From Pseudomonadota bacterium (GTDB lineage: Bacteria; Bdellovibrionota; Bdellovibrionia; Bdellovibrionales; Bdellovibrionaceae), in contig JBEGVH010000010.1 of NCBI GenBank assembly GCA_041178425.1, forward strand, positions 64,001-128,000: a stretch of 64,000 nucleotides of DNA, given 5' to 3'. The notes under the pieces were generated by a model. The model saw only the letters and a list, made by a program, of their open reading frames with translations, made no database searches and was not told the DNA's origin. Shown piece by piece: positions 20,451-29,643 of the stretch (the first letter of the stretch is position 1; each line of letters begins with the position of its first letter). A program made the translations under genes and the position numbers.

Positions 20451-21533
20451 TTGAAAACCTATAGCCTACTTTGCTCGTTTTTTTTGGCACTTACTTTACC
20501 ACTTTCGGCTCTGGGATTTCCAGAAACCGCACGACATGGCTATGTGAGTTGTTCTACTTGTCATTTTAGCCCCAGTGGTCGAGGCCTATTAACACCCTAC
20601 GGAAAAACAATTGCAAAAGAACTCTATTCTTCCCTGAGAAACTTAGCGGATTCGCAAGAGACGGAGGCACCAAACTCTCCTTGGCATGTCGGAGGTCAAT
20701 TTCGCTTGCTCCAGTGGTTTTCTCAAACTCCGTCAATCGAGAAGGCTCGTTTTTTTCCTATGCAATCGGAGCTCGAAGGTGCCTATGATCAAAACACTTG
20801 GGCCCTCATTGCTAGCGTCGGAGCCTGGAGGCCAATGGATTCGACTCAGAAGGCTTATAGAGCCTACTCACGAAACCACTTTCTGCTCCTGAGGCCTAGT
20901 GAGGAGTTAATTTTGCGTTTCGGCCATTTTCGCGTGAATCACGGCCTCGGATTACCAGATCACACAATATTAACAACAGAATCACTGGGCTGGACTCATT
21001 CTCATGAGACTTATAATTCAGAATTCACCTATCTTTTGGATGATCTGGTTTTCCAAGCAACTCTTCTTTCTCCGTCGAAGCTTCTTGTTAATGATGAGTC
21101 ATTCGAAGGCTTATCATTGGCCTTTACGAAAGCTTTTAATTCAAAACACAAATTGGGTTTGAATCTTTCTCAGTTTAATCGAGAGGGAATTGCCGAAAAC
21201 CAATTCAACTTGCATGGTATTGCGACTCTCAGCGAATCCTCTTTTTTTCAGGCGGAAGCCGCCTACAGGCATTTTAGAGATAAAACAAAGTCCGAACAGG
21301 CAGCTCTTTTTAGCCGTCTGTCTTATGAACTTCGCCAACGATTGAGACCCTTTGTTCAATTGGAGGCTGCCGCTGTTGAACCTAATAAAAATAACATCAC
21401 TCATCGTGGATCGATTGGATTTGAATGGTTCCCGATAAACTATTTTGATTTGTTTTTTTCTGCGGGAAAGCAGTCTTCGCCGAACGCCGATGACAGTACG
21501 ATCATCACTGCCATCGGACACTTTTACTTTTAA
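20451..21533 (+). CDS. Fused monohaem cytochrome c - beta-barrel porin (Cyc2-like architecture)
   Basis: Signal peptide, FPETARHGYVSCSTCH...LLTPYG at the mature N-terminus, then about 300 aa of amphipathic strands ending HFYF. Confidence 0.7.
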   Translation: MKTYSLLCSFFLALTLPLSALGFPETARHGYVSCSTCHFSPSGRGLLTPYGKTIAKELYSSLRNLADSQETEAPNSPWHVGGQFRLLQWFSQTPSIEKARFFPMQSELEGAYDQNTWALIASVGAWRPMDSTQKAYRAYSRNHFLLLRPSEELILRFGHFRVNHGLGLPDHTILTTESLGWTHSHETYNSEFTYLLDDLVFQATLLSPSKLLVNDESFEGLSLAFTKAFNSKHKLGLNLSQFNREGIAENQFNLHGIATLSESSFFQAEAAYRHFRDKTKSEQAALFSRLSYELRQRLRPFVQLEAAAVEPNKNNITHRGSIGFEWFPINYFDLFFSAGKQSSPNADDSTIITAIGHFYF

Positions 21534-21535
21534 TA

Positions 21536-22420
21536 TTAAGAGACCTTGAGCTTTTTATTGCTCAGGGGGTGACGAGCTTCCATTGTTCGCGCTAGCTGGT
21601 CCATGCTCAGATGCATGTATTTCTCGGTAGAGGCTAAACTAGAGTGACCCATTAATTCTTGAAGAGTACGCAAATTCATTCCAGCCGATACCAAGTGTGT
21701 CGCGTAGCTATGTCGAAGAGCATGCGGGTTAAGGGGTGCCCGCAGTCCCGCCTCTTTTCCCATGTTGCGAATCCATTCAAAGGCTTGCCTAACATTAAGA
21801 GGCTGTTCACCCCAAATAAAATCCCCAGTTCGAGGCAGTACTCTCACTGATTCAATGACCACCTCAGGAAGAGCCACCCACCGCTCCTTGCTTCCTTTAC
21901 CTAAAATACACACCTCGCGGGTGTTCAACCGCCATTTATCCCAACGAACTCCACAGGCCTCTGAAATCCGCAATCCACCGCCGTATAGTAAGCTTAGGAG
22001 TGCCCTGTAGCGGACTTTATTGGGATGCTCAGTTGGCAAACCTCGCACATAGCTAAAGAGACTTAATACTTCATCAAAGGCCAGAAAGTGAGGGATGTTT
22101 CGTGGCACTTTCGGTGCTTCTACCCTCTCGTTAAGTGGAGTGCCAATATAACTATTCACATAGAGCCAATTTAGAAATGCCTTCACCGTAGCAGCTTTTC
22201 GTTGCCGGGTTGATAGCTCCAAAGAGCCCCATCTGATCTGAGCTTCTTTGATTATTCGCAAAAGGAGTGACTCTGTGGGAAGCGCTTGGTTTTTTTGTGA
22301 ACCAAAGGTCTGATGGAGATCTATTCGATAAGCCTTCAAAGTATTGCCACTAAAGTGACCAATTTCGTCCATTTCGCGCAAAAACATTCCCAAAAGCGTC
22401 TCTATTGACTCTGATGCCAT
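21536..22420 (-). CDS. xerC: XerC/XerD-family tyrosine recombinase
   Basis: NTLKAYRIDL SAM-like N-terminus, GLRISE, GKGSKER, HALRHSYATHL, LMGHSSLASTEKY. XerC versus XerD is uncertain. Confidence 0.8.
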   Translation of the reverse strand: MASESIETLLGMFLREMDEIGHFSGNTLKAYRIDLHQTFGSQKNQALPTESLLLRIIKEAQIRWGSLELSTRQRKAATVKAFLNWLYVNSYIGTPLNERVEAPKVPRNIPHFLAFDEVLSLFSYVRGLPTEHPNKVRYRALLSLLYGGGLRISEACGVRWDKWRLNTREVCILGKGSKERWVALPEVVIESVRVLPRTGDFIWGEQPLNVRQAFEWIRNMGKEAGLRAPLNPHALRHSYATHLVSAGMNLRTLQELMGHSSLASTEKYMHLSMDQLARTMEARHPLSNKKLKVS

Positions 22421-22574
22421 CTACAACAGGGTAAACTGATGAAAAACTTTTATGTAGTGCAAAATTTTTCTTGAATTTTTTCTCTACCTGATTATAACTT
22501 GTGCACTAACGCACTGCATTTCTTGCATTGCGTAACATTAGTGTGTGCAATTTCTTCATTGAAAGGTGGAAAGC

Positions 22575-23654
22575 ATGACAACGACGCCCACGAATTCATC
22601 ACCTGTTTTGCCTGGGTCACAAAACCCTTATCAGTCTTACTGGAATCCTACTCAAAGCCAACGTGTTATCGAGCCCAAGACTATGGTCTTTGCCTCAGAG
22701 AGCATGTCCAATTTAATGAAAATGATCGACAAGGTCTCAACCTCTAGCGCTTCTGTACTTATTCTTGGAGAGTCTGGCACGGGCAAAGAGCTTCTTGCTC
22801 ACGCTATTCACGACCGAAGTAATCGTAGAAACAAACCTTTTGTGGCTATCAATTGTGGTGCGCTTCAAGAGGCTCTTTTAGAAAGTGAGCTCTTCGGACA
22901 TGAAAAAGGTTCTTTTACCGGAGCTTATAATCGTAAGATTGGTCTCGCAGAAATGGCAAATGGCGGAACCCTTTTTCTTGATGAAATTGGAGAGCTCACT
23001 CCAGGAATTCAAGCCAAGCTGTTACGCTTTCTACAAGAAGGCGAACTCTACAGAGTCGGTGGAAAAGAACCTATTATGGTTGATGTTCGTATCATCAGTG
23101 CGACCAACCGAAATATCGAAAAAGATGTGACCCAAGGTAAGTTCAGAGAAGATCTATTTTATAGAATCAATACTATTGTATTGAGAACTCCAGCTTTACG
23201 CCAAAGACGTGAAGATATCCCTGTTCTTGTTAATCACTTTTTAAATAATGGTTCACAAGCTTTTCTTGGCCGGGGCCGACAAGTGCATGATGAGGCAATG
23301 AAGATCTTAAGTGATTATGATTGGCCAGGAAACATTCGTGAACTTCAAAACATCTGCGAGAGACTACAAATCCTCTGTGATGGTCACATGATTATGCCAA
23401 ACGACCTACCGGAGCATATCAGAGCTCCTCAACAACGATTATTGCTTACCGAGTATGATGCGAAGCTCACTCTCTATGAACTAGAGAAACGATATATCTT
23501 AAAGGCTTTATTGCACTTTCATGGCAATAAGACCCAAGCTGCTAATGCGCTGGGTATTACGATTAAGACTCTTTATAACAAACTTCATGAATACGGCGAA
23601 TTTGATAAGTTTGCTGTATATCCTAGAGAAGGAAAAGACGGATTTAAAGAATAA
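22575..23654 (+). CDS. Sigma54-dependent activator without receiver domain (AAA+ and Fis-type HTH)
   Basis: GESGTGKE, ESELFGHEKGSFTGA, FLDEIGE, REDLFYR, WPGNIREL, GNKTQAANALGITIKTLYNK. Confidence 0.92.
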   Translation: MTTTPTNSSPVLPGSQNPYQSYWNPTQSQRVIEPKTMVFASESMSNLMKMIDKVSTSSASVLILGESGTGKELLAHAIHDRSNRRNKPFVAINCGALQEALLESELFGHEKGSFTGAYNRKIGLAEMANGGTLFLDEIGELTPGIQAKLLRFLQEGELYRVGGKEPIMVDVRIISATNRNIEKDVTQGKFREDLFYRINTIVLRTPALRQRREDIPVLVNHFLNNGSQAFLGRGRQVHDEAMKILSDYDWPGNIRELQNICERLQILCDGHMIMPNDLPEHIRAPQQRLLLTEYDAKLTLYELEKRYILKALLHFHGNKTQAANALGITIKTLYNKLHEYGEFDKFAVYPREGKDGFKE

Positions 23655-23657
23655 ACT

Positions 23658-23691
23658 AACAAGAAAGGCGCCAAAAGGCGCCTTTCTTGTT
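23658..23691. terminator. Bidirectional intrinsic terminator
   Basis: Perfect 15-bp stem AACAAGAAAGGCGCC-AAAA-GGCGCCTTTCTTGTT between convergent genes. Confidence 0.88.
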
Positions 23692-23701
23692 TTTACCGCA
23701 A

Positions 23702-24478
23702 CTAATCCTTGGCCACCGGATTCGAGCTTAAGATAGCCCTCATCATCAGTGCTCCCGAAATGACCAACATAATCGCAATCCAAAAAGAAACACCAAAACC
23801 TAAAATTAAAGGTCCCCGAGGATCGTCGCGAAGAAGTTCCATAATCATTCGATTGAAACCGTGACCAACAATCCACAGGCAAAAGATAACGCCGGGTCGA
23901 ATTCGGCTTTCTCCTCGTTTCTCAACCAGGAGTAGAACGAGCACCAAAAAAAACTCCAGCCCTGCCGTAATTATTTGAGTAGGGTATCGTCCGAAGGACT
24001 CACCAGAAAATTCTATGTTATGAAAATGAACTCCAAAAATAGAATCAGTTTGTTTTCCGTAGCAACAGCCTTGAAAAAAGCATGCCCAACGGCCCATCGA
24101 ATAGCCCAATCCAATCAGGGGAGCAAAAAGATCCAGCCAGGGCAGTAGAGGTAACCTTTTTTTCTTCAACCATAAAATACCAACACCGATGCCCGCAAGT
24201 ATTCCGGCTAAAAAAACGAATCCACCCTCCCACAATTTGAATATAAAACTAGGATGCCTAAAGTAAAAATCTGGATACTCATATAAAACATGAAATAATC
24301 GGGCACCAATCAAGCCGATGAAAGAACTAAAAAGCCCCACATCTAAAGCTGTTCTTACATCAAGGCCCAGCGACTCGCTTCGAAAACGCAACCATAGAAG
24401 TAACAAGCAAAAGTCGAAGCTAATGACCACGAAGTACGTTGGAATCGACCAAACTCCGAACTCGATTATGGGATACAT
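23702..24478 (-). CDS. lgt: Prolipoprotein diacylglyceryl transferase
   Basis: IGARLFHV, WEGGFVF, MGRWACFFQGCCYG, YPTQ, ELLRDD. Adjacent to lspA. Confidence 0.9.
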   Translation of the reverse strand: MYPIIEFGVWSIPTYFVVISFDFCLLLLWLRFRSESLGLDVRTALDVGLFSSFIGLIGARLFHVLYEYPDFYFRHPSFIFKLWEGGFVFLAGILAGIGVGILWLKKKRLPLLPWLDLFAPLIGLGYSMGRWACFFQGCCYGKQTDSIFGVHFHNIEFSGESFGRYPTQIITAGLEFFLVLVLLLVEKRGESRIRPGVIFCLWIVGHGFNRMIMELLRDDPRGPLILGFGVSFWIAIMLVISGALMMRAILSSNPVAKD

Positions 24479-24490
24479 ATCGATGGAGTC

Positions 24491-24997
24491 CTAAGATTTT
24501 GCTGGTTGTTCAGACTGACTTTTACCTTCAAGCCACATGAGCACCATCAGAATCATTACACCAACGACGATGGCACAGTCGGCGATATTAAACGCAGGCC
24601 AATTATATTTATGGTACAAATGGAAATCGAGAAAATCGATGACGTAACGGAGACGTAAACGATCGATGTAATTTCCGACGGCTCCACCAAAAATGCTACT
24701 CAAAGCGAAAATCTGCCAGCGATCCTTATCGGCCACACCTTTCAGAATCACTAAAATAATAATCATCGCTACCGGAGGAACAGTTAAAAAGAAGGCTTCT
24801 CTGAAATCAGGGTGAGACTCAGCCAAAAAACCAAAGGCTGCACCTGGATTCCGAACGTAAGTGAGATTGAAAAAGTTTTCGATGACTGAAACGGATTCAC
24901 CCAGTTGAAAACGCGTGTGCACATATACTTTAGTAAGCTGATCTAATGCGACGGCAAAAGTAGACCAAGCGATCAAAAAAACATATTTAAATTTCAT
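24491..24997 (-). CDS. lspA: Lipoprotein signal peptidase II
   Basis: LDQLTK, NPGAAFG, GAVGNYIDR, VIDF, WPAFNIAD. Confidence 0.95.
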   Translation of the reverse strand: MKFKYVFLIAWSTFAVALDQLTKVYVHTRFQLGESVSVIENFFNLTYVRNPGAAFGFLAESHPDFREAFFLTVPPVAMIIILVILKGVADKDRWQIFALSSIFGGAVGNYIDRLRLRYVIDFLDFHLYHKYNWPAFNIADCAIVVGVMILMVLMWLEGKSQSEQPAKS

Positions 24998-25064
24998 GTT
25001 GAGCCTCAATATTCTCAGACTCTCTCAAAGTTCTCAAAAAAGTTCAAAGGAAACAGCAAGGTAA

Positions 25065-25688
25065 TTAAAATTGAGAGCGCATTTTTTGATATCCCATAGC
25101 CACAAGCAATCGAATCGCTTCATGCTCCGAGCTTAAATTGAAATGATTTTTAACTTCCTGAATCATTGTCCAACTTCGAGCATCCACCAAATTACGGAGA
25201 TCCGTAATTGTAGGGCTCGAGCTCATGGAGGCGCTGAAAAGTGGGAGACTGGGATCGTTTAGCGGATTTGGCACTCCCCCCAAATAGGAGGCATTGACCA
25301 TGGAACTTGAAGAAGAAACCGGCTGCGGAGAGTTGGAAGAGCTATTTTGAGCGACGAATTGAGAATTTGTAAATCCACCTGGCTGCATGGTTGCAGCTGC
25401 AGTATTGCTGGGTGGATATTTTGTATTCCCCCCCCCAGTTTTATTGGCACTTGGAGATTCTTCAAGATCGCCCATCATACTCGCAAGATTTTTCAGCTCG
25501 GATTTAAAGCCCTGGAGGTTCATTCTACTCAAAGATGTATCACCATGCATTTGGGCGCGCGTATAGAGAGCCACCAACGCTTCGGGAGACTTCGCCAACT
25601 CCTGCACATTGGCGGGCTGTGACCTCAGCCAATTATAGGCCTGAATCAATGTTTCTTTTGTATAAGCCTGTGGTGGCAAATGCATCAT
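25065..25688 (-). CDS. Hypothetical protein (folded ends, S/N/P-rich disordered middle)
   Basis: 207 aa ORF. PPQAYTKETL N-terminus and a helical C-terminus. Confidence 0.65.
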   Translation of the reverse strand: MMHLPPQAYTKETLIQAYNWLRSQPANVQELAKSPEALVALYTRAQMHGDTSLSRMNLQGFKSELKNLASMMGDLEESPSANKTGGGNTKYPPSNTAAATMQPGGFTNSQFVAQNSSSNSPQPVSSSSSMVNASYLGGVPNPLNDPSLPLFSASMSSSPTITDLRNLVDARSWTMIQEVKNHFNLSSEHEAIRLLVAMGYQKMRSQF

Positions 25689-25893
25689 TTGAGTAATTCT
25701 TAATCAAAGTTAAAAGTGGTTGTAAACTTAGGGGTTGTAACGCTCGCCGCAAAGAACAGCAACTAAAAGTCCCTGTACCCCCAAAAACCTCTGGAAACGC
25801 CGTTCCATGCGGCTTTCATAGTTTTAAAGCTCAATCTCAATGTCTACAGAGCTGACCATTTAAATCAGGTACTTACGCCCAATTAGCCTTAAG

Positions 25894-27390
25894 TTAAAGA
25901 TTATAATCTTTGGCGTTAATTCCATATTTCTCTATTTTTCTCAATAGAGTCTTCTTAGGAATATTAGCATGGAGTGCCGTTTGATTGATTCTTCCGTTAA
26001 AGGCTTTTAGAGCCCTAATAATGAACTCCTTCTCAAAAGCTTCCTTTTGCATATTAAAATCGAGAGCCGAGTCTGATGAGAGCGTACCGATGTCCCCGAT
26101 CTCGTTATCGTCTTCTTCAGCCTCTTCGAAAGAGTGACTGTCGAGAGCTGACACCTCTAGGGGTCCATTCTTATCTGTATCTAAAGTTAGATTCTGCCAA
26201 GTTTTGAGATTGACTCCCACGGATTGTAAAACAAATTCGGGCAAGGAACCTAATGTGACTCGCTGAGAATTTTCCATGACAAAAGCATGCTCGATCACAT
26301 TCTCAAGTTCACGAATGTTTCCAGGCCAATCATAGCGGCTCAACACCTGCATGGCCGCAGGATCGACTCCAGTCAATTTTTTACCATGCATCTGATTAAA
26401 TTTACGAACAAAGACATTGATCAAGGTTGGAAGGTCCTCGCGCCTCTCGGCAAGCTGAGGCAAAAATATCGGAATAACATTGAGACGATAAAACAAATCT
26501 TCTCTAAACTTACCCTGTTTAATCATGTCTTCGAGAGGCCGATTCGTTGCTGCAATGATGCGGACATTCGAATGAATCTCTCTCAAAGATCCCACTGGAG
26601 TAAACAGTTTCTCCTGAAGAACCCGAAGTAGTTTTACTTGCATATGCAGTGGCAAGTCTCCCACTTCGTCTAAGAAAAGGGTCCCACCCTCGGCAAATTG
26701 AAATTTACCAATCTTTCTTTGATCAGCCCCGGTGAATGAGCCCTTCTCGTGGCCAAAAAACTCCGATTCAAAAAGGTTCTCCGGTATTGCGGAACAATTC
26801 ACAGCAACGAACTTTTCGTCTTTTCTACCTGAATTAAAATGGATAGCTTTCGCGACCACTTCTTTTCCGGTGCCTGAAGCTCCTCGGATCAGTACTGGGG
26901 TGTCGACTTTTGAGACCCGGTCGATGATATTAAAGACTTTTTGCATCTGTGCTGTATTGCCAATAATTTTGCGACCCTGATCCATGAGCACAGGCGCAGA
27001 AACAGCCACATTCGAAATAAGAGAGTGCGCCTCCAGAGCCTTGTCGAGGATCATTATAAGATCATCACCGCTTACCGGCTTTGCTAGGTAATTATAGGCT
27101 CCATCTTTGACAGCCTGAACGGCACTATCGATAGTGGCAAACGCCGTCATGATTAGTACAATTATTTCTGGATTCTTTGCTTTAATCTGACGAAGGGCCT
27201 CAAGGCCATTCATGCGAGGCATGTCTACGTCGAGAAGGATCACGTCATAGGGTTGCTGTAGGTTTTTTTCAACGGCGTCTATTCCGTCAAAGGCTTCATC
27301 GATCTCAAAACGTCCAGAGCTCTGCAAGATTCCCCGCAGACCTTTTCTAAGACCCTCATCATCATCAACCACTAAAACTCTCAGAGCCAT
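25894..27390 (-). CDS. NtrC-family sigma54-dependent response regulator
   Basis: Receiver (VVDDD, LLDVDMP), AAA+ (GASGTGKE, GSFTGA, WPGNIRELEN), acidic linker, C-terminal HTH. Confidence 0.93.
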   Translation of the reverse strand: MALRVLVVDDDEGLRKGLRGILQSSGRFEIDEAFDGIDAVEKNLQQPYDVILLDVDMPRMNGLEALRQIKAKNPEIIVLIMTAFATIDSAVQAVKDGAYNYLAKPVSGDDLIMILDKALEAHSLISNVAVSAPVLMDQGRKIIGNTAQMQKVFNIIDRVSKVDTPVLIRGASGTGKEVVAKAIHFNSGRKDEKFVAVNCSAIPENLFESEFFGHEKGSFTGADQRKIGKFQFAEGGTLFLDEVGDLPLHMQVKLLRVLQEKLFTPVGSLREIHSNVRIIAATNRPLEDMIKQGKFREDLFYRLNVIPIFLPQLAERREDLPTLINVFVRKFNQMHGKKLTGVDPAAMQVLSRYDWPGNIRELENVIEHAFVMENSQRVTLGSLPEFVLQSVGVNLKTWQNLTLDTDKNGPLEVSALDSHSFEEAEEDDNEIGDIGTLSSDSALDFNMQKEAFEKEFIIRALKAFNGRINQTALHANIPKKTLLRKIEKYGINAKDYNL

Positions 27391-27460
27391 AAATCCCCCG
27401 CTCTTAACCCACTGTTGGGATGGGAGATAAATATCTCAATACCTTAAAATAACAAGAATA

Positions 27461-27488
27461 AAAAAGTTGGGACAAAGCCCAACTTTTT
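27461..27488 (-). terminator. Intrinsic terminator-like hairpin between kinase and regulator genes
   Basis: AAAAAGTTGGG-ACAAAG-CCCAACTTTTT, with a U-tract in both directions. Confidence 0.7.
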
Positions 27489-27571
27489 CTAATGGCGAGA
27501 GCGAATCAAACTGACACTTTTACCTTGAATACGGATCGGCCATGCATTTTTTTCAGCTTTTGTCGTTCAAA

Positions 27572-29449
27572 CTAGGTTAAAACAGGCAGCTCGATCGTAA
27601 ACGTTGAGCCTTTATTTTCGGCACTTATCGCTGATATTTTACCTTTATGAAGCTCCACAAAATATTTTGATAAGTAGAGTCCCAATCCCGAGCCTTTAAC
27701 AGGAGAGTTCTTAGCCTTTCGGCTTCGAAAGAATTTCATGAAAAGGCGAGGCATTTCGTCATCTGGGATGCCGATACCCTGATCAGAAACTTGAATAAGA
27801 ACGCGGTTGTCTTTTTCCTCTGTTCTAATCTTAATTTTTGAATCATTGGGGCTGTACTTGATAGCGTTCTCAATCAAATTGAGAAGCACTTGGCGGATAA
27901 GATCTGCGTCCAATCTCAAGCTAAAAAGTGGTTCCAGCTCTTTTACTATTTTTATTTTTTTCTCTTTGGCCAAATAATCTGTCTTTTGTAGAACTTCTTC
28001 GATGAGAGCATTGATATCTTTGCTCTTTAAATTTAACTGAACCCCTTCACTCTCAATCCGACTGAAGTTCAAAATTGAACTAATAAACCCAAGCAAATCA
28101 TCCGTCGATTTTTGAATCGATTTCAACGCTTGCTTTTGATCATCACTCAAAGGATTTTTATCCCTGAGGACAATTTCTAGCATGCCACTAATTCTTGCTA
28201 GAGGAGTCTTTAGATCATGTGACATCATTCCAATAAAGTTTGATTTAAGCTCCTCCACTTGAGTGAGTAGCTTATTTTTGTGATAGAGCTCCCAACTGCG
28301 ACGATTCTCAACAATAAGGCGATAGGGGATCAAAAAATAGTAGGCCACAAAGATTCCCAGGAGGGGCTGTGCCATGTTCACCCAGTAACCATAGGGCCAA
28401 AATGCAACAAATGTTGCTACCGCAAATAGTAAAACTGACAAGCCAAGAACCATGAGGCCTTTTACTGGAGTCATCGACAAAACGACTTCGACGGTCAGCA
28501 GAACCAAAGTGACAAGCAACAAGATATTAAGCCATTGCGGAACCTTTTGCACACCCGAATTGTGAATCATGGTATTCAACATATTGGCATGAGCCTCGGT
28601 GACTGTCATGGCAGTGACATCGCGGGAGTAAGAGGTGCGGATGTATTCGTGAGTGCTTTCACCCAACTCCGTCCCGATAAAAATGACCTTATTGGTGAAT
28701 TGACCGCTTTCAACCTTACTATTTATGACATCAATAAAATTTGATCGAGAAAAGGATCCCGTGGGAGCCATGTCGATATAGGATTGCTCGCTATCGTAGA
28801 AGTCGAACTTTCCATGAACGGCCTTAATTGAACCTCGCTCGGGAAACAACTGACCTGCCAAGTAGGGATGAAACATCGTTGTACCCTGATAACTTAACAT
28901 CATTCGACGAGTTACACCATCTTGAGCGAGAACTTTAGTATCTGATGTGATCGGACCTGACATAACATGAATTTTATTGAATGGCTCAGGTAAATCTAAT
29001 TTACCTTGTTCGCCTTTCATAGCTAACTCATTAGTAACAAAGTAGACATTTTGCAGACTATCAATCACTGCAACGAAAGCCGCCTTTTCCTCTTCTGTAC
29101 CAACGAGTTCTGCTGGATTCACAACGTAAACAACGGCCTTGGGACCTTCCTCTTTGAGCTTCGAAAGAAGAGCCGTATGATCGGCAATAGTGGGCACTCT
29201 TTTAAGGGCTTCTACAGACGACGGTTCGATCAAGACCAGTTCAATCAAGCCGGTGGTCAGAGGTGCTGATCGAATCACTGTTCGAACGTCATAAAGATAC
29301 GATTCAAAAAAATCGAGGGGTAAGAAAATTATACCGACAGCTAACGCTACGGCCATAAGCCATCGAACGAGTCTGGTCGAAAGTTTCTCTTTAGCATCCA
29401 TACTAATATTTTCAACGCGTCCTTGTGTATTTTCCAAAGTATTACCCAT
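27572..29449 (-). CDS. CHASE2-domain sensor histidine kinase
   Basis: N-terminal TM, periplasmic CHASE2-like region (IELVLIEPSS, DGVTRR, FTNKVIFIG, EAHANML), three TMs, SHDLKTPL, NLIENAIKY, DQGIGI, GSGLGL. Confidence 0.88.
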   Translation of the reverse strand: MGNTLENTQGRVENISMDAKEKLSTRLVRWLMAVALAVGIIFLPLDFFESYLYDVRTVIRSAPLTTGLIELVLIEPSSVEALKRVPTIADHTALLSKLKEEGPKAVVYVVNPAELVGTEEEKAAFVAVIDSLQNVYFVTNELAMKGEQGKLDLPEPFNKIHVMSGPITSDTKVLAQDGVTRRMMLSYQGTTMFHPYLAGQLFPERGSIKAVHGKFDFYDSEQSYIDMAPTGSFSRSNFIDVINSKVESGQFTNKVIFIGTELGESTHEYIRTSYSRDVTAMTVTEAHANMLNTMIHNSGVQKVPQWLNILLLVTLVLLTVEVVLSMTPVKGLMVLGLSVLLFAVATFVAFWPYGYWVNMAQPLLGIFVAYYFLIPYRLIVENRRSWELYHKNKLLTQVEELKSNFIGMMSHDLKTPLARISGMLEIVLRDKNPLSDDQKQALKSIQKSTDDLLGFISSILNFSRIESEGVQLNLKSKDINALIEEVLQKTDYLAKEKKIKIVKELEPLFSLRLDADLIRQVLLNLIENAIKYSPNDSKIKIRTEEKDNRVLIQVSDQGIGIPDDEMPRLFMKFFRSRKAKNSPVKGSGLGLYLSKYFVELHKGKISAISAENKGSTFTIELPVLT

Positions 29450-29481
29450 TCTTAGGTTTACTTGAAAAATAACTAAGAGGC

Positions 29482-29643
29482 CTAATCTCGGTCAATGATA
29501 TTCCCTGTAGGAATGCAACCCAGGCCTTCGGTCGTTGGGATGAAAGTCTTAGCACTCTCTCCTGATTTGATAACCCGACTCGATGAAGGGGTAGCTTTTT
29601 TCTTGCTCGTCAATTTTGGTTTACAAATCTTAATATGCTTCAC
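29482..29643 (-). CDS. Putative RiPP (ranthipeptide-like) precursor peptide, 53 aa: MKHIKICKPKLTSKKKATPSSSRVIKSGESAKTFIPTTEGLGCIPTGNIIDRD
   Basis: GTG start at 29643 with AGGAG RBS 8 nt upstream. Overlaps the radical SAM 3' end by 14 nt. MKHIK N-terminus resembles SCIFF/QhpC leaders. This is the C-terminal half of track ORF 29482..29805. Confidence 0.65.
   Translation of the reverse strand: MKHIKICKPKLTSKKKATPSSSRVIKSGESAKTFIPTTEGLGCIPTGNIIDRD

Noticed and set aside
21536..22420. Tyrosine recombinase as a prophage or island integrase
   Set aside because: Size and motifs fit housekeeping Xer. No att repeats, tRNA or phage genes nearby, and no obvious compositional shift.
27533..27565. FliA promoter driving an sRNA between kinase and regulator
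   Set aside because: GCCGAT is present, but the -35 element and spacing are poor.
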